Part shown: positions 31,201 through 39,939 of the stretch, piece after piece
Layout: every line of letters begins with the position of its first letter
How positions within the stretch are numbered: position 1 is the stretch's first letter
NCBI GenBank assembly: GCA_041651195.1
Contig: JBAZJR010000003.1
Location: 82,441-146,440 of the forward strand
Direction: 5' to 3'
Length of the DNA: 64,000 bases
Source of the DNA: Patescibacteria group bacterium
GTDB lineage: Bacteria; Patescibacteriota; Patescibacteriia; Patescibacteriales; UBA12465
Notes under the pieces: generated by a model
Seen by the model: only the letters and a program-made list of their open reading frames with translations
What the model was told of the DNA's origin: nothing
The model's database searches: none
Made by a program: the position numbers and the translations under genes

Positions 31201-33012
31201 GTCCCGACTCTGATGCCCAGCTCTTATTACGACCGTTATTATGGAGGCAAGCAAAAAGAAGATTATGTCGATCTTAATCGTTATCGGGCGTCGTCGGGTA
31301 ACGCCAATCTATTAGCGGCGCGATTCGGCTTGACGCCGGAGTCGGCTCAGGCCACGAAGCCGGACTCAGAGTCGGGGGTTAATATAGCAGAAGATAATCA
31401 GGATTCCGATGCTGAAGACAACGCCAAACTTAAAGCCAGAGGATTAAACGTTACCCTGGACAGGGAAGATAATAGCGCCATCCTCAAGAACGACGCCAAA
31501 TCTAAACGGAAGGGCTTGCGTATTACCTTAGATAGAGAAGACGCCTATAATCCGGGCAATCAGAATAAAACGGACGTGATCGATTTACAGGGCTATAAAG
31601 ATAAGAGCAGCGAAGAAGGAAAAGAGGCAGCGGCAGCCGAAAAGCGCCAGAAATATTCTTTTATTTTTGATCAATTAGCCGTACTCCAGAATTATGATCA
31701 GCAGAGTGACAAGGTAAAAGCCAAGATCAATAAAGATTGGGATCATTTCAACAAGCAGCGCCATAGCGGCAGCCCCTTGAGCCTCAATGAATATATCGGT
31801 CAGCAGATCACCCGGCTTTATCATCAGATCGACAATGTCTTGATGAGTGAAGCTAAGGTGGGAGACAAGCCCTTCAGTCCCGAATTCTATCAGAACGCTC
31901 CTTTAGTCAAGGGCTTGGAACGGGCGCAAGAGGTAGTTATCATCTTGGATACGCCGATTGGCGACGCGGTATTGACCATCCCAGCTCTACTGGCTGTCCA
32001 GAAGTATTTGGAACTCAATAAGATGAATAAGCCGATCAAGTTGGTGACCAGTCCGATGGGCATGGATCTTTTCAAATGCATGAAAGACCAATTTCCTAAG
32101 GATGTAGAATTGATCAACTATGAAGAAATGGGTTCGGCTTTCGCCAATGACAAACAGGAAAAGTTTGTCATCAATGCTCATAAAGACTTTAAAGACTATG
32201 CCTCGCTGAATTTACAGGACGGCGATAATAAAGATCTTTCCCGCGTCATGTCTGTAGCCTGGGATAGCTGGACTAAAGAGGAGGTGCCGAAAAGAGCCGG
32301 CTTCTTGGAAAAATATGATGCTATTCCCGCCCGGATCATGAGAAATTTTGAAAATATGTTCGGCCAGAAACTGTTCGGGGATATCAATAAGATGGACCAT
32401 TACCTGGGAAAAAACAAGGATTTCGATAAAGTTTCGACTGAACTGAAAGATAAATATAAGATCAAGCCAGACGAGCAGATAGTAGTCATTTCGGCCGGGT
32501 CATCCGTTCAGCCCAAAGAATATGAGCCGGAAAAATGGGAGAAAGTTATCGATGATACTATCCAGAAATATCCGAAAGCGCACATCCTATTCTTGCAAGA
32601 TCCTAATCCAGAACGGTGGGCCAGATATAGTCCGATGATAAATAAGATCACCAGTCAAAAGAGCGGCCGCTTTGACGTCGTGGCTGAGCCGACCTCGCGC
32701 TTGAACGCCATGATGTCTATGGCTGATGTCACGGTGACTCCCGATACGGGCCTAGGTCATTATGCCAGCGCCTTGGGTCGGCCGAATATCATGTTAATCT
32801 TGGGTGATCCGGTACGCTGGTCAAATGCCAAGACGGATCGGATCATGCATAAAAAAGCTCGAGAAACTTATGCTAAGAATGCCGGGACTTATTCTATCGC
32901 CTGGACAGCGGATGCTGGTTACTATGTTAATGATAGAGGGGAGATGATAGGCTCATCCAATCTTGATCCGGCGCTGATTAATCAATCTCTGGAAAAATAT
33001 CTGAAAAAGTAA
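28300..33012 (+). CDS. giant hypothetical protein (1570 aa) with C-terminal glycosyltransferase family 9 (heptosyltransferase-like) domain
   Basis: N-terminal about 1200 aa charged/coiled-coil with Gly/Ala-rich hydrophobic segments analogous to the upstream giant protein. C-terminal about 360 aa: VVIILDTPIGDAVLTIPAL (GT9 N-terminal motif) and TSRLNAMMSMADVTVTPDTGLGHYASALGRPNIMLILGD (GT9 C-terminal donor-binding motif). Confidence 0.65.
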   Translation: MSKFYSGLKKFFNLKEDAQKQRATEIEVEPSQPAVEEKLVETEMKIKSQELSPAAIDIQGLSDDKKPIVAATLGRADSELVAAKQDSLGSLSEIKKLSFTAGVVDTSDILRSRAYRVASEQMTAEKGELKGFKGILKKIWKYNYAENYLHGKARVEIKKKMVESDNLYIGEKLSPSEQAAANADFQAATLSRFTSEIKEMVEENLGEKKEELKDSPETKKIKSDLKKIINDYADGRLDQAGFEGAKRTIFAAIEGSQDQTTIKKSEMYVDNFLAIAVQVKEIKDNIRLAADHQAKLAQFDFDINLVLGKAKEGVKTETHYNLAERTVERLRQTKLGSLVNETTLAAAVGLTYSAGSFVSQRVIRSKALAIGTLGLAAGVSGAYAGVKESQMQKRERQTLEARTAIQTLNIQVEKNRLASEITALESARQSSSNPKELQKIKKSIKALEQEQEKLESQEKFLYEKVTANELNANLDKALEKQLQSAPEVDALLDNLADIEARLELSNERKIDLISYSSLTSVEKERQKLLQSKWQAKQKLASLPAGIAQDWEKRLKDLTTLHRGALLDDEKGGIKQKDKEFNKHKNKEVFKKVTQNLIIGLTVGAAAQEGFALLSDKQEGLVENLIKGNDRAIGSRDTALETLKNFITGNASAGKLHEIAIDNGLIKMPANCNWLPNPDGSFNLVRGSEVLAEHLTVNPDGSLTEEAKGVLAAENIQANVSQYVIQPGETVTAATQTGPADYIAKHPESFKQVSRELWYANDTPMYMGEDGKLHGADLNELREQWGGDRGSGINLKTNSYEMTAFKMTPDGSFETVGGTKLSENAAELIKEGKMKFLFSLSDGTQDQVIEIPVDPATGKISVERESDLGRLLFGEKDGRAVLKARFSEVAVSAGLGKDGVEKVHVFATAVGEGLKEIDESVVTNVPPHMGTATALDIPRETDLPPFVPIGWRKPLEPVKKKTKPGVPPVPTLMPSSYYDRYYGGKQKEDYVDLNRYRASSGNANLLAARFGLTPESAQATKPDSESGVNIAEDNQDSDAEDNAKLKARGLNVTLDREDNSAILKNDAKSKRKGLRITLDREDAYNPGNQNKTDVIDLQGYKDKSSEEGKEAAAAEKRQKYSFIFDQLAVLQNYDQQSDKVKAKINKDWDHFNKQRHSGSPLSLNEYIGQQITRLYHQIDNVLMSEAKVGDKPFSPEFYQNAPLVKGLERAQEVVIILDTPIGDAVLTIPALLAVQKYLELNKMNKPIKLVTSPMGMDLFKCMKDQFPKDVELINYEEMGSAFANDKQEKFVINAHKDFKDYASLNLQDGDNKDLSRVMSVAWDSWTKEEVPKRAGFLEKYDAIPARIMRNFENMFGQKLFGDINKMDHYLGKNKDFDKVSTELKDKYKIKPDEQIVVISAGSSVQPKEYEPEKWEKVIDDTIQKYPKAHILFLQDPNPERWARYSPMINKITSQKSGRFDVVAEPTSRLNAMMSMADVTVTPDTGLGHYASALGRPNIMLILGDPVRWSNAKTDRIMHKKARETYAKNAGTYSIAWTADAGYYVNDRGEMIGSSNLDPALINQSLEKYLKK

Positions 33013-33031
33013 ATTTGCTTTTGATCAGTGG

Positions 33032-33070
33032 CCCGGGCTTTAAATCAGCCCGGGTTTTTAGTTTTTTTTC
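33032..33070 (+). terminator. rho-independent terminator
   Basis: CCCGGGCT-loop-AGCCCGGG followed by TTTTTAGTTTTTTTT. Confidence 0.7.
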
Positions 33071-33162
33071 TTGCTTAAATCCCTAAAATAAGTTAATATT
33101 TTAGAGAACAAAAGCTTAATTTTTCTTCAAATTTTAGAAGAGTTTGAAATATTTTTTATTTT

Positions 33163-34467
33163 ATGTCAAGAGTATCAATCTCAGAAGCTAAAAAACAGGG
33201 GGCTGGCCAGGTCACAGTCGCCGGCTGGGTGCGCAATATCCGAGCTCATAAGGGAGTGGCCTTCGTCGATCTGTGCGATTTGTCGGGCGCGATGCAAGTC
33301 GTCTTTGCCGGCGATAATGAAGTTTATGCTAGGGCTGAGAAATTACGGTTGGAAAGCGTAATCGAAGTTACCGGTCTTTTGCAGACCAGGCCGCCCAAGA
33401 AGAATGACCCCAATCCGACGCCGGATTTTGAATTAGCGGCTAGCGCGCTCCAGGTCGTTTCTTTAGCTGACGAAAATCTGCCGATCCCGGTCTTGCTCAA
33501 GGGCGATAATGAAGCTAGTTTGGATAATCGCCTTGATTGGCGCTGGCTGGATCTGCGGCAGGAGAAGAACCAGATGATCTTCAAAACTTGGACTAAATTA
33601 GAGGAGGGCTTCCGCGAGTATTTTTCCCGGCAAAATTTCATCCAGGTCTATACTCCTTGCCTGATGAGCACTTCTTCGGAAACCGGTTCCGAGGTTTTTG
33701 AAGTAAAATATTTTGAAAAGAAAGCTTATTTATCACAGTCGCCGCAATTCTACAAGCAGATGGCGATGGCTTCCGGTTTGGAAAAAGTTTTTATGGTCGG
33801 GCCGGTCTTCCGCGCCGAATTATCTTTTACGACCCGGCACGTGACGGAGTTCACCGGCTGGGATTTTGAGGTTTCTTATCCTGATTCTCATTTAGACGTG
33901 ATGGCGATCGAAGAGGATCTTCTGATTTCGGGATTCAAGAAAGTCAAAGAAGACTTAGGGCTCGATTTAGCCGTGCCGACGAAGCCTTTCCCGAAGATCA
34001 CGCTCGCCGAAGCGAAAGAAAAATTGAAAGCGGCCGGCGTGACCGGCGAGAAAGAATTTGATTTTTCGACCGAAGAAGAGAAGGAGCTCGGTGAGATCAT
34101 CAAGCGGGAAACCGGGCATGATTTCGTCTTCGTGACCGATTATCCGATCGAGGCCCGCCCTTTCTACCATATGCGTCATGCTGATCAGCCGAATCTGACC
34201 AAGAGTTTCGATCTCTTATATCGTGGCTTAGAAATAACGACCGGGTCGCAACGCGAGCACCGCGTGGAAGTTCTAGAGAAACAGGCGATCGAAAAGGGAA
34301 TGAGTTTGGAAGAATTGAAAGATTATTTGAATTTTTTCCGCTATGGCTGCCCGAGCCATGGCGGCGCGGGAATCGGCCCGGCGCGTATTATCATGAAGAT
34401 GCTGGACTTAAGCAGCGTCAAAGAGGCCTGTTTCTTGCCGCGAGATGTGAAACGGCTGACGCCGTAA
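33163..34467 (+). CDS. aspS: aspartate--tRNA ligase, archaeal/short type (class IIb)
   Basis: 434 aa. N-terminal OB anticodon-binding domain (VAGWVRNIRAHKGVAFVDL). FRAE..TRHVTEFTGWDFE motif 2, GGAGIGPARI motif 3. No GAD insertion domain; length fits archaeal-type AspRS. Confidence 0.75.
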   Translation: MSRVSISEAKKQGAGQVTVAGWVRNIRAHKGVAFVDLCDLSGAMQVVFAGDNEVYARAEKLRLESVIEVTGLLQTRPPKKNDPNPTPDFELAASALQVVSLADENLPIPVLLKGDNEASLDNRLDWRWLDLRQEKNQMIFKTWTKLEEGFREYFSRQNFIQVYTPCLMSTSSETGSEVFEVKYFEKKAYLSQSPQFYKQMAMASGLEKVFMVGPVFRAELSFTTRHVTEFTGWDFEVSYPDSHLDVMAIEEDLLISGFKKVKEDLGLDLAVPTKPFPKITLAEAKEKLKAAGVTGEKEFDFSTEEEKELGEIIKRETGHDFVFVTDYPIEARPFYHMRHADQPNLTKSFDLLYRGLEITTGSQREHRVEVLEKQAIEKGMSLEELKDYLNFFRYGCPSHGGAGIGPARIIMKMLDLSSVKEACFLPRDVKRLTP

Positions 34468-34540
34468 GGATCGCGCCCCGGAAGGAATAAGGCGCGCCGA
34501 AACTAGCCTGTCTAGCCGAGCAAATTAACGCCATTTTATT

Positions 34541-35932
34541 ATGCCTATCATCTTAATTAAATCATTATATCGTTCTACCGCGGAATATTTAAATAAAGAG
34601 ATTATGGTCGCCGGCTGGGTGCGCACCGCGCGCAGTTCTAAGGATTTTGGTTTCATCGAGATCAACGACGGCTCTTTTTTCAAGGGCTTGCAGGTCGTTT
34701 TCGCCTCTGACCTGGCGAATTTTTCCGAAATAGAGCATATCAGCGTCGGTTCTTCACTGGAAATAGAGGGGACATTAGTAGAATCTCCGGCCGCCGGCCA
34801 GGCCTTCGAGCTCAAAGCGACCAAGATTACGATCATCAACCTGGCGCCAGCCGACTATCCGCTCCAGAAGAAGAAGCACAGCTTTGAATTCTTGCGCACG
34901 ATCGCCCACCTGCGCGGCCGCAGCAATACTTTTTCCGCGGTTTTCCGCCTGCGCTCCGTCCTGAGCTTCGCGATCCATAAATTTTTCCAAGAAGAAGGCT
35001 TCAGCTATATCCAGACCCCGATAATTTCCACGAGCGACTGCGAAGGCGCCGGTGAGATGTTTCAGGTGACGACCTTAGACCTCAAGAAGCCGGCCCGGGA
35101 TGAAAAAGGGGAGACGGATTATGCCGCTGATTTCTTCGGGAAAAAAGCGGGCTTGACCGTGAGCGGCCAGCTCAATGCCGAGGCTCTGGTGATGGGATTG
35201 AATAAGGTTTATACTTTCGGTCCGACTTTCCGGGCGGAAAATTCCAATACGACCAGGCACGCCTCGGAATTCTGGATGATGGAGCCGGAAATGGCTTTTG
35301 CCGACCTGAATGATGATATGATGCTAGCCGAGAAGATGCTGAAGTATCTGATCGCTCATATCCTGAAAGAATTGCCGGAAGAGATGGAATTCTTCAATAA
35401 ATTCATTGATCCGGGCATCGCGGAGCGCTTGAATAATATCTTGAACTCTGAATTCGGACGCGTTACTTATACGGCCGCGATCGAAATATTAGAAAAGTCT
35501 GGCGAAAAATTTGTCTTTCCGGTCAAATGGGGGATCGATCTGCAGACGGAACACGAAAGGTATCTGACCGATAAAGTCTACCAGAAACCGGTCTTCGTCA
35601 CCGATTACCCGAAGGATATCAAGGCTTTCTATATGCGCTTGAACGAAGACGGGAAGACGGTCGCGGCGATGGATCTGCTCGTGCCTGGCATCGGCGAGAT
35701 CATCGGCGGCAGCCAAAGGGAAGAACGTTTGGAATATCTGGAGAAACGGATGGGTGAGATGGGCCTGAAAAAGGAAGATTACGCCTGGTATCTGGATTTG
35801 CGTAAATACGGTTCGGTCAAACATGCCGGTTTCGGCTTAGGCTTTGAGCGCCTGATCATGTATCTGACCGGTATGGCGAACATTCGTGACGTGATCCCGT
35901 TCCCGCGGACGCCGAAGAACGCGGAATTTTAA
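34541..35932 (+). CDS. asnS: asparagine--tRNA ligase
   Basis: 463 aa. C-terminus [36 protein letters not shown], nearly identical in pattern to E. coli AsnRS C-terminus. [11 protein letters not shown] motif 2. Confidence 0.85.
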   Translation: MPIILIKSLYRSTAEYLNKEIMVAGWVRTARSSKDFGFIEINDGSFFKGLQVVFASDLANFSEIEHISVGSSLEIEGTLVESPAAGQAFELKATKITIINLAPADYPLQKKKHSFEFLRTIAHLRGRSNTFSAVFRLRSVLSFAIHKFFQEEGFSYIQTPIISTSDCEGAGEMFQVTTLDLKKPARDEKGETDYAADFFGKKAGLTVSGQLNAEALVMGLNKVYTFGPTFRAENSNTTRHASEFWMMEPEMAFADLNDDMMLAEKMLKYLIAHILKELPEEMEFFNKFIDPGIAERLNNILNSEFGRVTYTAAIEILEKSGEKFVFPVKWGIDLQTEHERYLTDKVYQKPVFVTDYPKDIKAFYMRLNEDGKTVAAMDLLVPGIGEIIGGSQREERLEYLEKRMGEMGLKKEDYAWYLDLRKYGSVKHAGFGLGFERLIMYLTGMANIRDVIPFPRTPKNAEF

Positions 35933-35950
35933 TCTTAGTATATTTAATTT

Positions 35951-36958
35951 ATGAGCCTGTTCTTTCTCGCTTTTATATCTATCGCGGCGTTTCTGGTCAT
36001 AGCTTTGATCTTAGCGATCCGCGAAGACAATAACCATATGCCTAATAAACAAAACGCCAAGTATGCTTTTTATTATCTCCTGTCGCTCGTGGCTCTGATT
36101 TTCACGGCCCAAGCGGTCGGGATGATCTCTTTCCACATCATCAATCAGACCGTGGCCGATGTCTTGAACAGTTACAGCGGCAACGATGGCCAATTGAAGT
36201 TTGCTATTTCCGCCTTATTCATCGCCGCGCCGATCTTTTTCGCTATTTCCGCGCTGATTCTGAAGGGGCTGCGTGGCGGCGAATTAGATAAGGATTCCGC
36301 TATCCGCCGCTGGCTGACTTATTTCATCCTTTTCGTTTCCTCTTTGGTGGTCCTCGGGGTATTCATCAGCGCGATCAACGCTTTCTTAGACGGGGAACTC
36401 ACTAGCCGCTTCGCTCTGAAAGCGCTGACGATCTTCGTGATCGCCGCCGTGGTCTTTTCTTATTATTTTTATGACATTAAGCGGGAGAACCCTGAGCAGA
36501 AAGACACTGTCGTGAAGATCTACTTCTGGGCCTCTTTAGCCCTGGTCTTAGCCGCTTTTATCGCCGCCTGGTTCTTCGTGGAGTCGCCGGCCACTGCTCG
36601 CGCCCGCCGCTTGGACCAGTCTTTGGTCAACAATATCTCTAATCTGGAAGTGGCCGTCAACAGCTACTATGAACGCCATAAGAAATTGCCGGACACGCTG
36701 GAAATCCTGGCTAGCGATGCCAATGTCTACCTGGACAGCGAATCACTGTTCGATCCGGAAACTAAGTCCCCGATCGTCTATCAGTTAGTAGGCGCTCAGG
36801 ATTTTGACCTCTGCGCCACTTTCCGCCTAGATAGCGCCGAAGATGGCAGCGGACAGATGAAGGTCTCTTACCCGGGCGACAAGAGCCATCGAGCTGGCTA
36901 TCAATGTCTGCGCGGCAATCTTTATGTCTTGCCAGAGGCGTCGTTAAAGCAATTATGA
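35951..36958 (+). CDS. hypothetical polytopic membrane protein
   Basis: 335 aa, about 7 TM segments. Stop overlaps scpA start (ATGA). Confidence 0.5.
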   Translation: MSLFFLAFISIAAFLVIALILAIREDNNHMPNKQNAKYAFYYLLSLVALIFTAQAVGMISFHIINQTVADVLNSYSGNDGQLKFAISALFIAAPIFFAISALILKGLRGGELDKDSAIRRWLTYFILFVSSLVVLGVFISAINAFLDGELTSRFALKALTIFVIAAVVFSYYFYDIKRENPEQKDTVVKIYFWASLALVLAAFIAAWFFVESPATARARRLDQSLVNNISNLEVAVNSYYERHKKLPDTLEILASDANVYLDSESLFDPETKSPIVYQLVGAQDFDLCATFRLDSAEDGSGQMKVSYPGDKSHRAGYQCLRGNLYVLPEASLKQL

Positions 36959-37683
36959 TAGAGGTCACGACCGAAAAATTTTCCGGGCCGCTCGGCCTGC
37001 TCTTGAGCTTGATCGAGAGCGAAGAGCTGGATATTACCGAAGTTTCTCTGGCGAAGATCGCGGACGAGTATGTCGCCTATATCCGGGCCGCCCAGGATAT
37101 CAATCCGGAAGAGCTGGCAGATTTTTTAGTGATCGCCGCCAAGCTCTTGTTTATAAAATCCAAGGCTTTATTACCCTATCTGTATTCCGGTGAAGAAGAG
37201 GAGGAAATCAATGACCTGGAACGGCAACTCAGGATGTATAAGGAATTCGTGGCGGCCAGCCAGACGGTCAAAGCCTTGATCGGCGAGGGGCGCTGGCTGT
37301 ATCTACCGCCCTTTGCCGGCGCCAAGAGCCGGCGCGGCCAATTCAATCTACCGGTCTTTTCACCCCCTGCTAAATTGACGCCTATCCTCTTGCATGAGAA
37401 ATTCTTATTGCTCCTGGCCCGCCTAGAGAAGCAGCGGGAAGAGGTCTTGCCGGAAGCGACCTTGGAACCGAAAATAAATATCGAGGACCGGATCGCGGCG
37501 ATCAAGCAATTGCTCGTCGATAAGATCAAGGTTAATTTTTCCCGCCTCCTGGCTAGCGCGGCTACGAAAACGGAGGTCATTGTCAGCTTTTTGGCCGTCC
37601 TAGAACTAGCTAAACAGAAAGAATTATGCTTTGAACAGGATGAGCTCTTTAGCGAAATCCGGATCAGCCGGCAGATAGATTAA
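36955..37683 (+). CDS. scpA: segregation and condensation protein A
   Basis: FSGPLGLLLSLIESEELDITEVSLAKIADEYVAYI ScpA N-terminus. ATG at 36955 overlaps the upstream stop. Confidence 0.8.
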   Translation: MIEVTTEKFSGPLGLLLSLIESEELDITEVSLAKIADEYVAYIRAAQDINPEELADFLVIAAKLLFIKSKALLPYLYSGEEEEEINDLERQLRMYKEFVAASQTVKALIGEGRWLYLPPFAGAKSRRGQFNLPVFSPPAKLTPILLHEKFLLLLARLEKQREEVLPEATLEPKINIEDRIAAIKQLLVDKIKVNFSRLLASAATKTEVIVSFLAVLELAKQKELCFEQDELFSEIRISRQID

Positions 37684-37692
37684 ATCAATCAT

Positions 37693-38238
37693 ATGTCTCT
37701 AAAATCACAATTAGAATCATTATTATTCGTTTCCCTAAAGCCGCTCGCGGCCAAGGATCTGGCTGGTTTGACGAAAACCAAGGCTAAAGAAGTAGAGGAA
37801 GCTCTGGCGGAATTGGCTCAGGATTGCCAGGCGGGCGGACGCGGCCTGACTTTGGTGAAAAATAATAATCAGTATCAGCTCGCGACTACGGGCGATAATT
37901 CCGGTTTGATCAAGGAATTCTTAAAGGATGAGACGAGCGGGGAATTATCCCAGCCCAGCCTGGAAGCTTTAACTATTATCGCTTACCGTGGGCCGATCGC
38001 TAAGCTAGAGCTCGATCGGATCCGGGGAGTCAATTGCGCACTTATTATCCGCAATTTACTCCTGCGCGGCTTGATCGAGGAAAGATTCGAGAAGAGCAAG
38101 AATGAATATTTTTATACGGTGACCCATGATTTTATCCGTTTCTTAGGTTTGAGCAAAGTGTCCGACCTGCCGGATTACGAAAGATTAAATCAGGTCGAAA
38201 CGATTGCGGCCAGCCTGGCTGACTCGCAGAACGAGTAA
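37693..38238 (+). CDS. scpB: segregation and condensation protein B
   Basis: ESLLFVSLKPLAAKDLAGL... tandem winged-helix ScpB pattern. Follows scpA. Confidence 0.8.
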   Translation: MSLKSQLESLLFVSLKPLAAKDLAGLTKTKAKEVEEALAELAQDCQAGGRGLTLVKNNNQYQLATTGDNSGLIKEFLKDETSGELSQPSLEALTIIAYRGPIAKLELDRIRGVNCALIIRNLLLRGLIEERFEKSKNEYFYTVTHDFIRFLGLSKVSDLPDYERLNQVETIAASLADSQNE

Positions 38239-38248
38239 TCCTGTCCAC

Positions 38249-39121
38249 ATGTTTTGGAATATTATAATCAATCTAATCTTCATTTTTTTGTTGGGAGGGA
38301 GCAGTCCGGCAGCCCGCCTTAATCCGGATTTTAATTTGATCGCTTTGAAGCCGGAGGCGCCGCGCCTAGAATTGGACGCGCCGCGCGGTGCGGTTTTGGC
38401 GGCTAGTGGCCGTTTTTTTCTCTTCGCTCGCAACGCCGATGAAGTCCAGCCGATCGCCAGCATTACCAAGCTCATGACCGCCCTGGTCTTCCTGGAGAAT
38501 AATCCAGGCTGGGATCAGGTTTATAAGATCACGCCGGCGGATGAGATTGAAGGCGGGCGCTGGCACCTATTCCGGGGCGAGCAGCTAACGATCAAGGATT
38601 TGTTTTATACCAGTCTGGTCGCCTCTGACAACGGCGCGACGATCGCCTTGGTCCACGCGAGCGGCTTGAGCGAAGCGGATTTTGTCGCGCGGATGAATGC
38701 TGAAGCGCGGCGCCTGGGCTTAGCCCGGACGAATTTCGCCGATCCGATCGGACTGAGCGACCGGAATGTTTCTACGGCGCGCGAAGTCGCTTTCCTGGCC
38801 CAAGCGGCACTTGGTATTCCGGAGATCAGCGAGGCGACGACGAGGAGCGCCTATCGTTTCACGACTTTAGACGGCCGAGAAAAATATATCGAGTCCACTG
38901 ATTATTTATTATTTGATCCGGCGCCGGAGACGCTTGAGGTCTTGGGCGGCAAGACCGGCTATACGGAAAAAGCGGGTTACTGTTTTGTCGGCCGTTTGCG
39001 GGATCAGGGCGGCCGGGAAGCAATCGCGGTCATCCTGAACGCGCGCGGCAAGAACGAGCGCTTCCGGGAAATTAAGAGTCTGGCTAATTGGGCCTTTAAT
39101 AGCTATAATTGGAAGAGGTAA
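38249..39121 (+). CDS. D-alanyl-D-alanine carboxypeptidase (peptidase S11, PBP5-like)
   Basis: SITK (SxxK), SDN (ASDNGAT), KTG (GKTGYT) motifs, N-terminal signal-like hydrophobic segment. Start taken at ATG 38249, after the scpB stop. Confidence 0.8.
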   Translation: MFWNIIINLIFIFLLGGSSPAARLNPDFNLIALKPEAPRLELDAPRGAVLAASGRFFLFARNADEVQPIASITKLMTALVFLENNPGWDQVYKITPADEIEGGRWHLFRGEQLTIKDLFYTSLVASDNGATIALVHASGLSEADFVARMNAEARRLGLARTNFADPIGLSDRNVSTAREVAFLAQAALGIPEISEATTRSAYRFTTLDGREKYIESTDYLLFDPAPETLEVLGGKTGYTEKAGYCFVGRLRDQGGREAIAVILNARGKNERFREIKSLANWAFNSYNWKR

Positions 39122-39145
39122 ATATCATTAATCTTAATCTCGGCT

Positions 39146-39628
39146 ATGTCTTATATCCGCCAATTCTATAATCAGTTTCGTTCCTATTTTTCCGCTAATT
39201 TTCCAAGAATTTTTTCAATATTTAACCGTTACAAGTCGGTAATAAAATTTATCGTCGCGGGTTGCTTTTCCGGCGGCACGGATCTGCTCCTCTTGTTTTT
39301 TTTCCATGGCCTCTTCGGTTTAGACATCGTCTGGTCGACCAGCCTAGCTTTCATCCTCGCTTTTCTAGTTAGCTTCACCCTGCAGAAGTTCTGGACTTTC
39401 CGTAATTATTCGCAAAGCAAGGCCTTCCACCAATTATTCCTGTACATCCTCAATGCCGCGCTCGGGCTCTATCTGAACGGGCTCCTGATGCATATCTTAG
39501 TCAATAAGTACGCTATCTGGTATATCTTATCGCAGATTATCGTAAACCTATCTTTGGCGATCTTGAATTTCGTAGTCTATAAATTCATTATTTTTAAGAT
39601 CGGTCACCATGAAACTGACAGTCAATAA
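39146..39628 (+). CDS. GtrA-family membrane protein
   Basis: 160 aa, 4 TM. IKFIVAGCFSGGTDLLLLFF...SFTLQKFWTFRN, typical GtrA. Confidence 0.7.
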   Translation: MSYIRQFYNQFRSYFSANFPRIFSIFNRYKSVIKFIVAGCFSGGTDLLLLFFFHGLFGLDIVWSTSLAFILAFLVSFTLQKFWTFRNYSQSKAFHQLFLYILNAALGLYLNGLLMHILVNKYAIWYILSQIIVNLSLAILNFVVYKFIIFKIGHHETDSQ

Positions 39629-39938
39629 AAGACAATTAGGCGAAGCGCCGGAGATGTGGCTGCGGCGGGCCGGTTATGGCTTGGTGCCGGATCGGGAGGC
39701 TGGCCAGATCAGTTTCGCCCGCCGGCTGAGCCGTGATTTTTATCCGCGCTTCCATATTTATTTTACGAGCGAGACTCAGGCGGACGGAGAGCTCGTCACT
39801 TTTAATCTGCACCTTGACCAGAAGCGCCCGGGCTACCAGGGCGTCAGCCGCCATAACGCTGAATATGACGGAGCGGTCGTCGAAGCGGAAATAGCGCGCT
39901 TGAAAAAATTCTTAATATCTGATATCTTTAACCCCTAA
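39609..39938 (+). CDS. hypothetical protein
   Basis: 109 aa ORF overlapping GtrA end by 20 nt and ending 1 nt before dnaG. Confidence 0.35.
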   Translation: MKLTVNKRQLGEAPEMWLRRAGYGLVPDREAGQISFARRLSRDFYPRFHIYFTSETQADGELVTFNLHLDQKRPGYQGVSRHNAEYDGAVVEAEIARLKKFLISDIFNP

Positions 39939-39939
39939 T

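Noticed and set aside
37176-37580. 134-aa minus-strand ORF antisense to scpA
   Set aside because: Shadow ORF.
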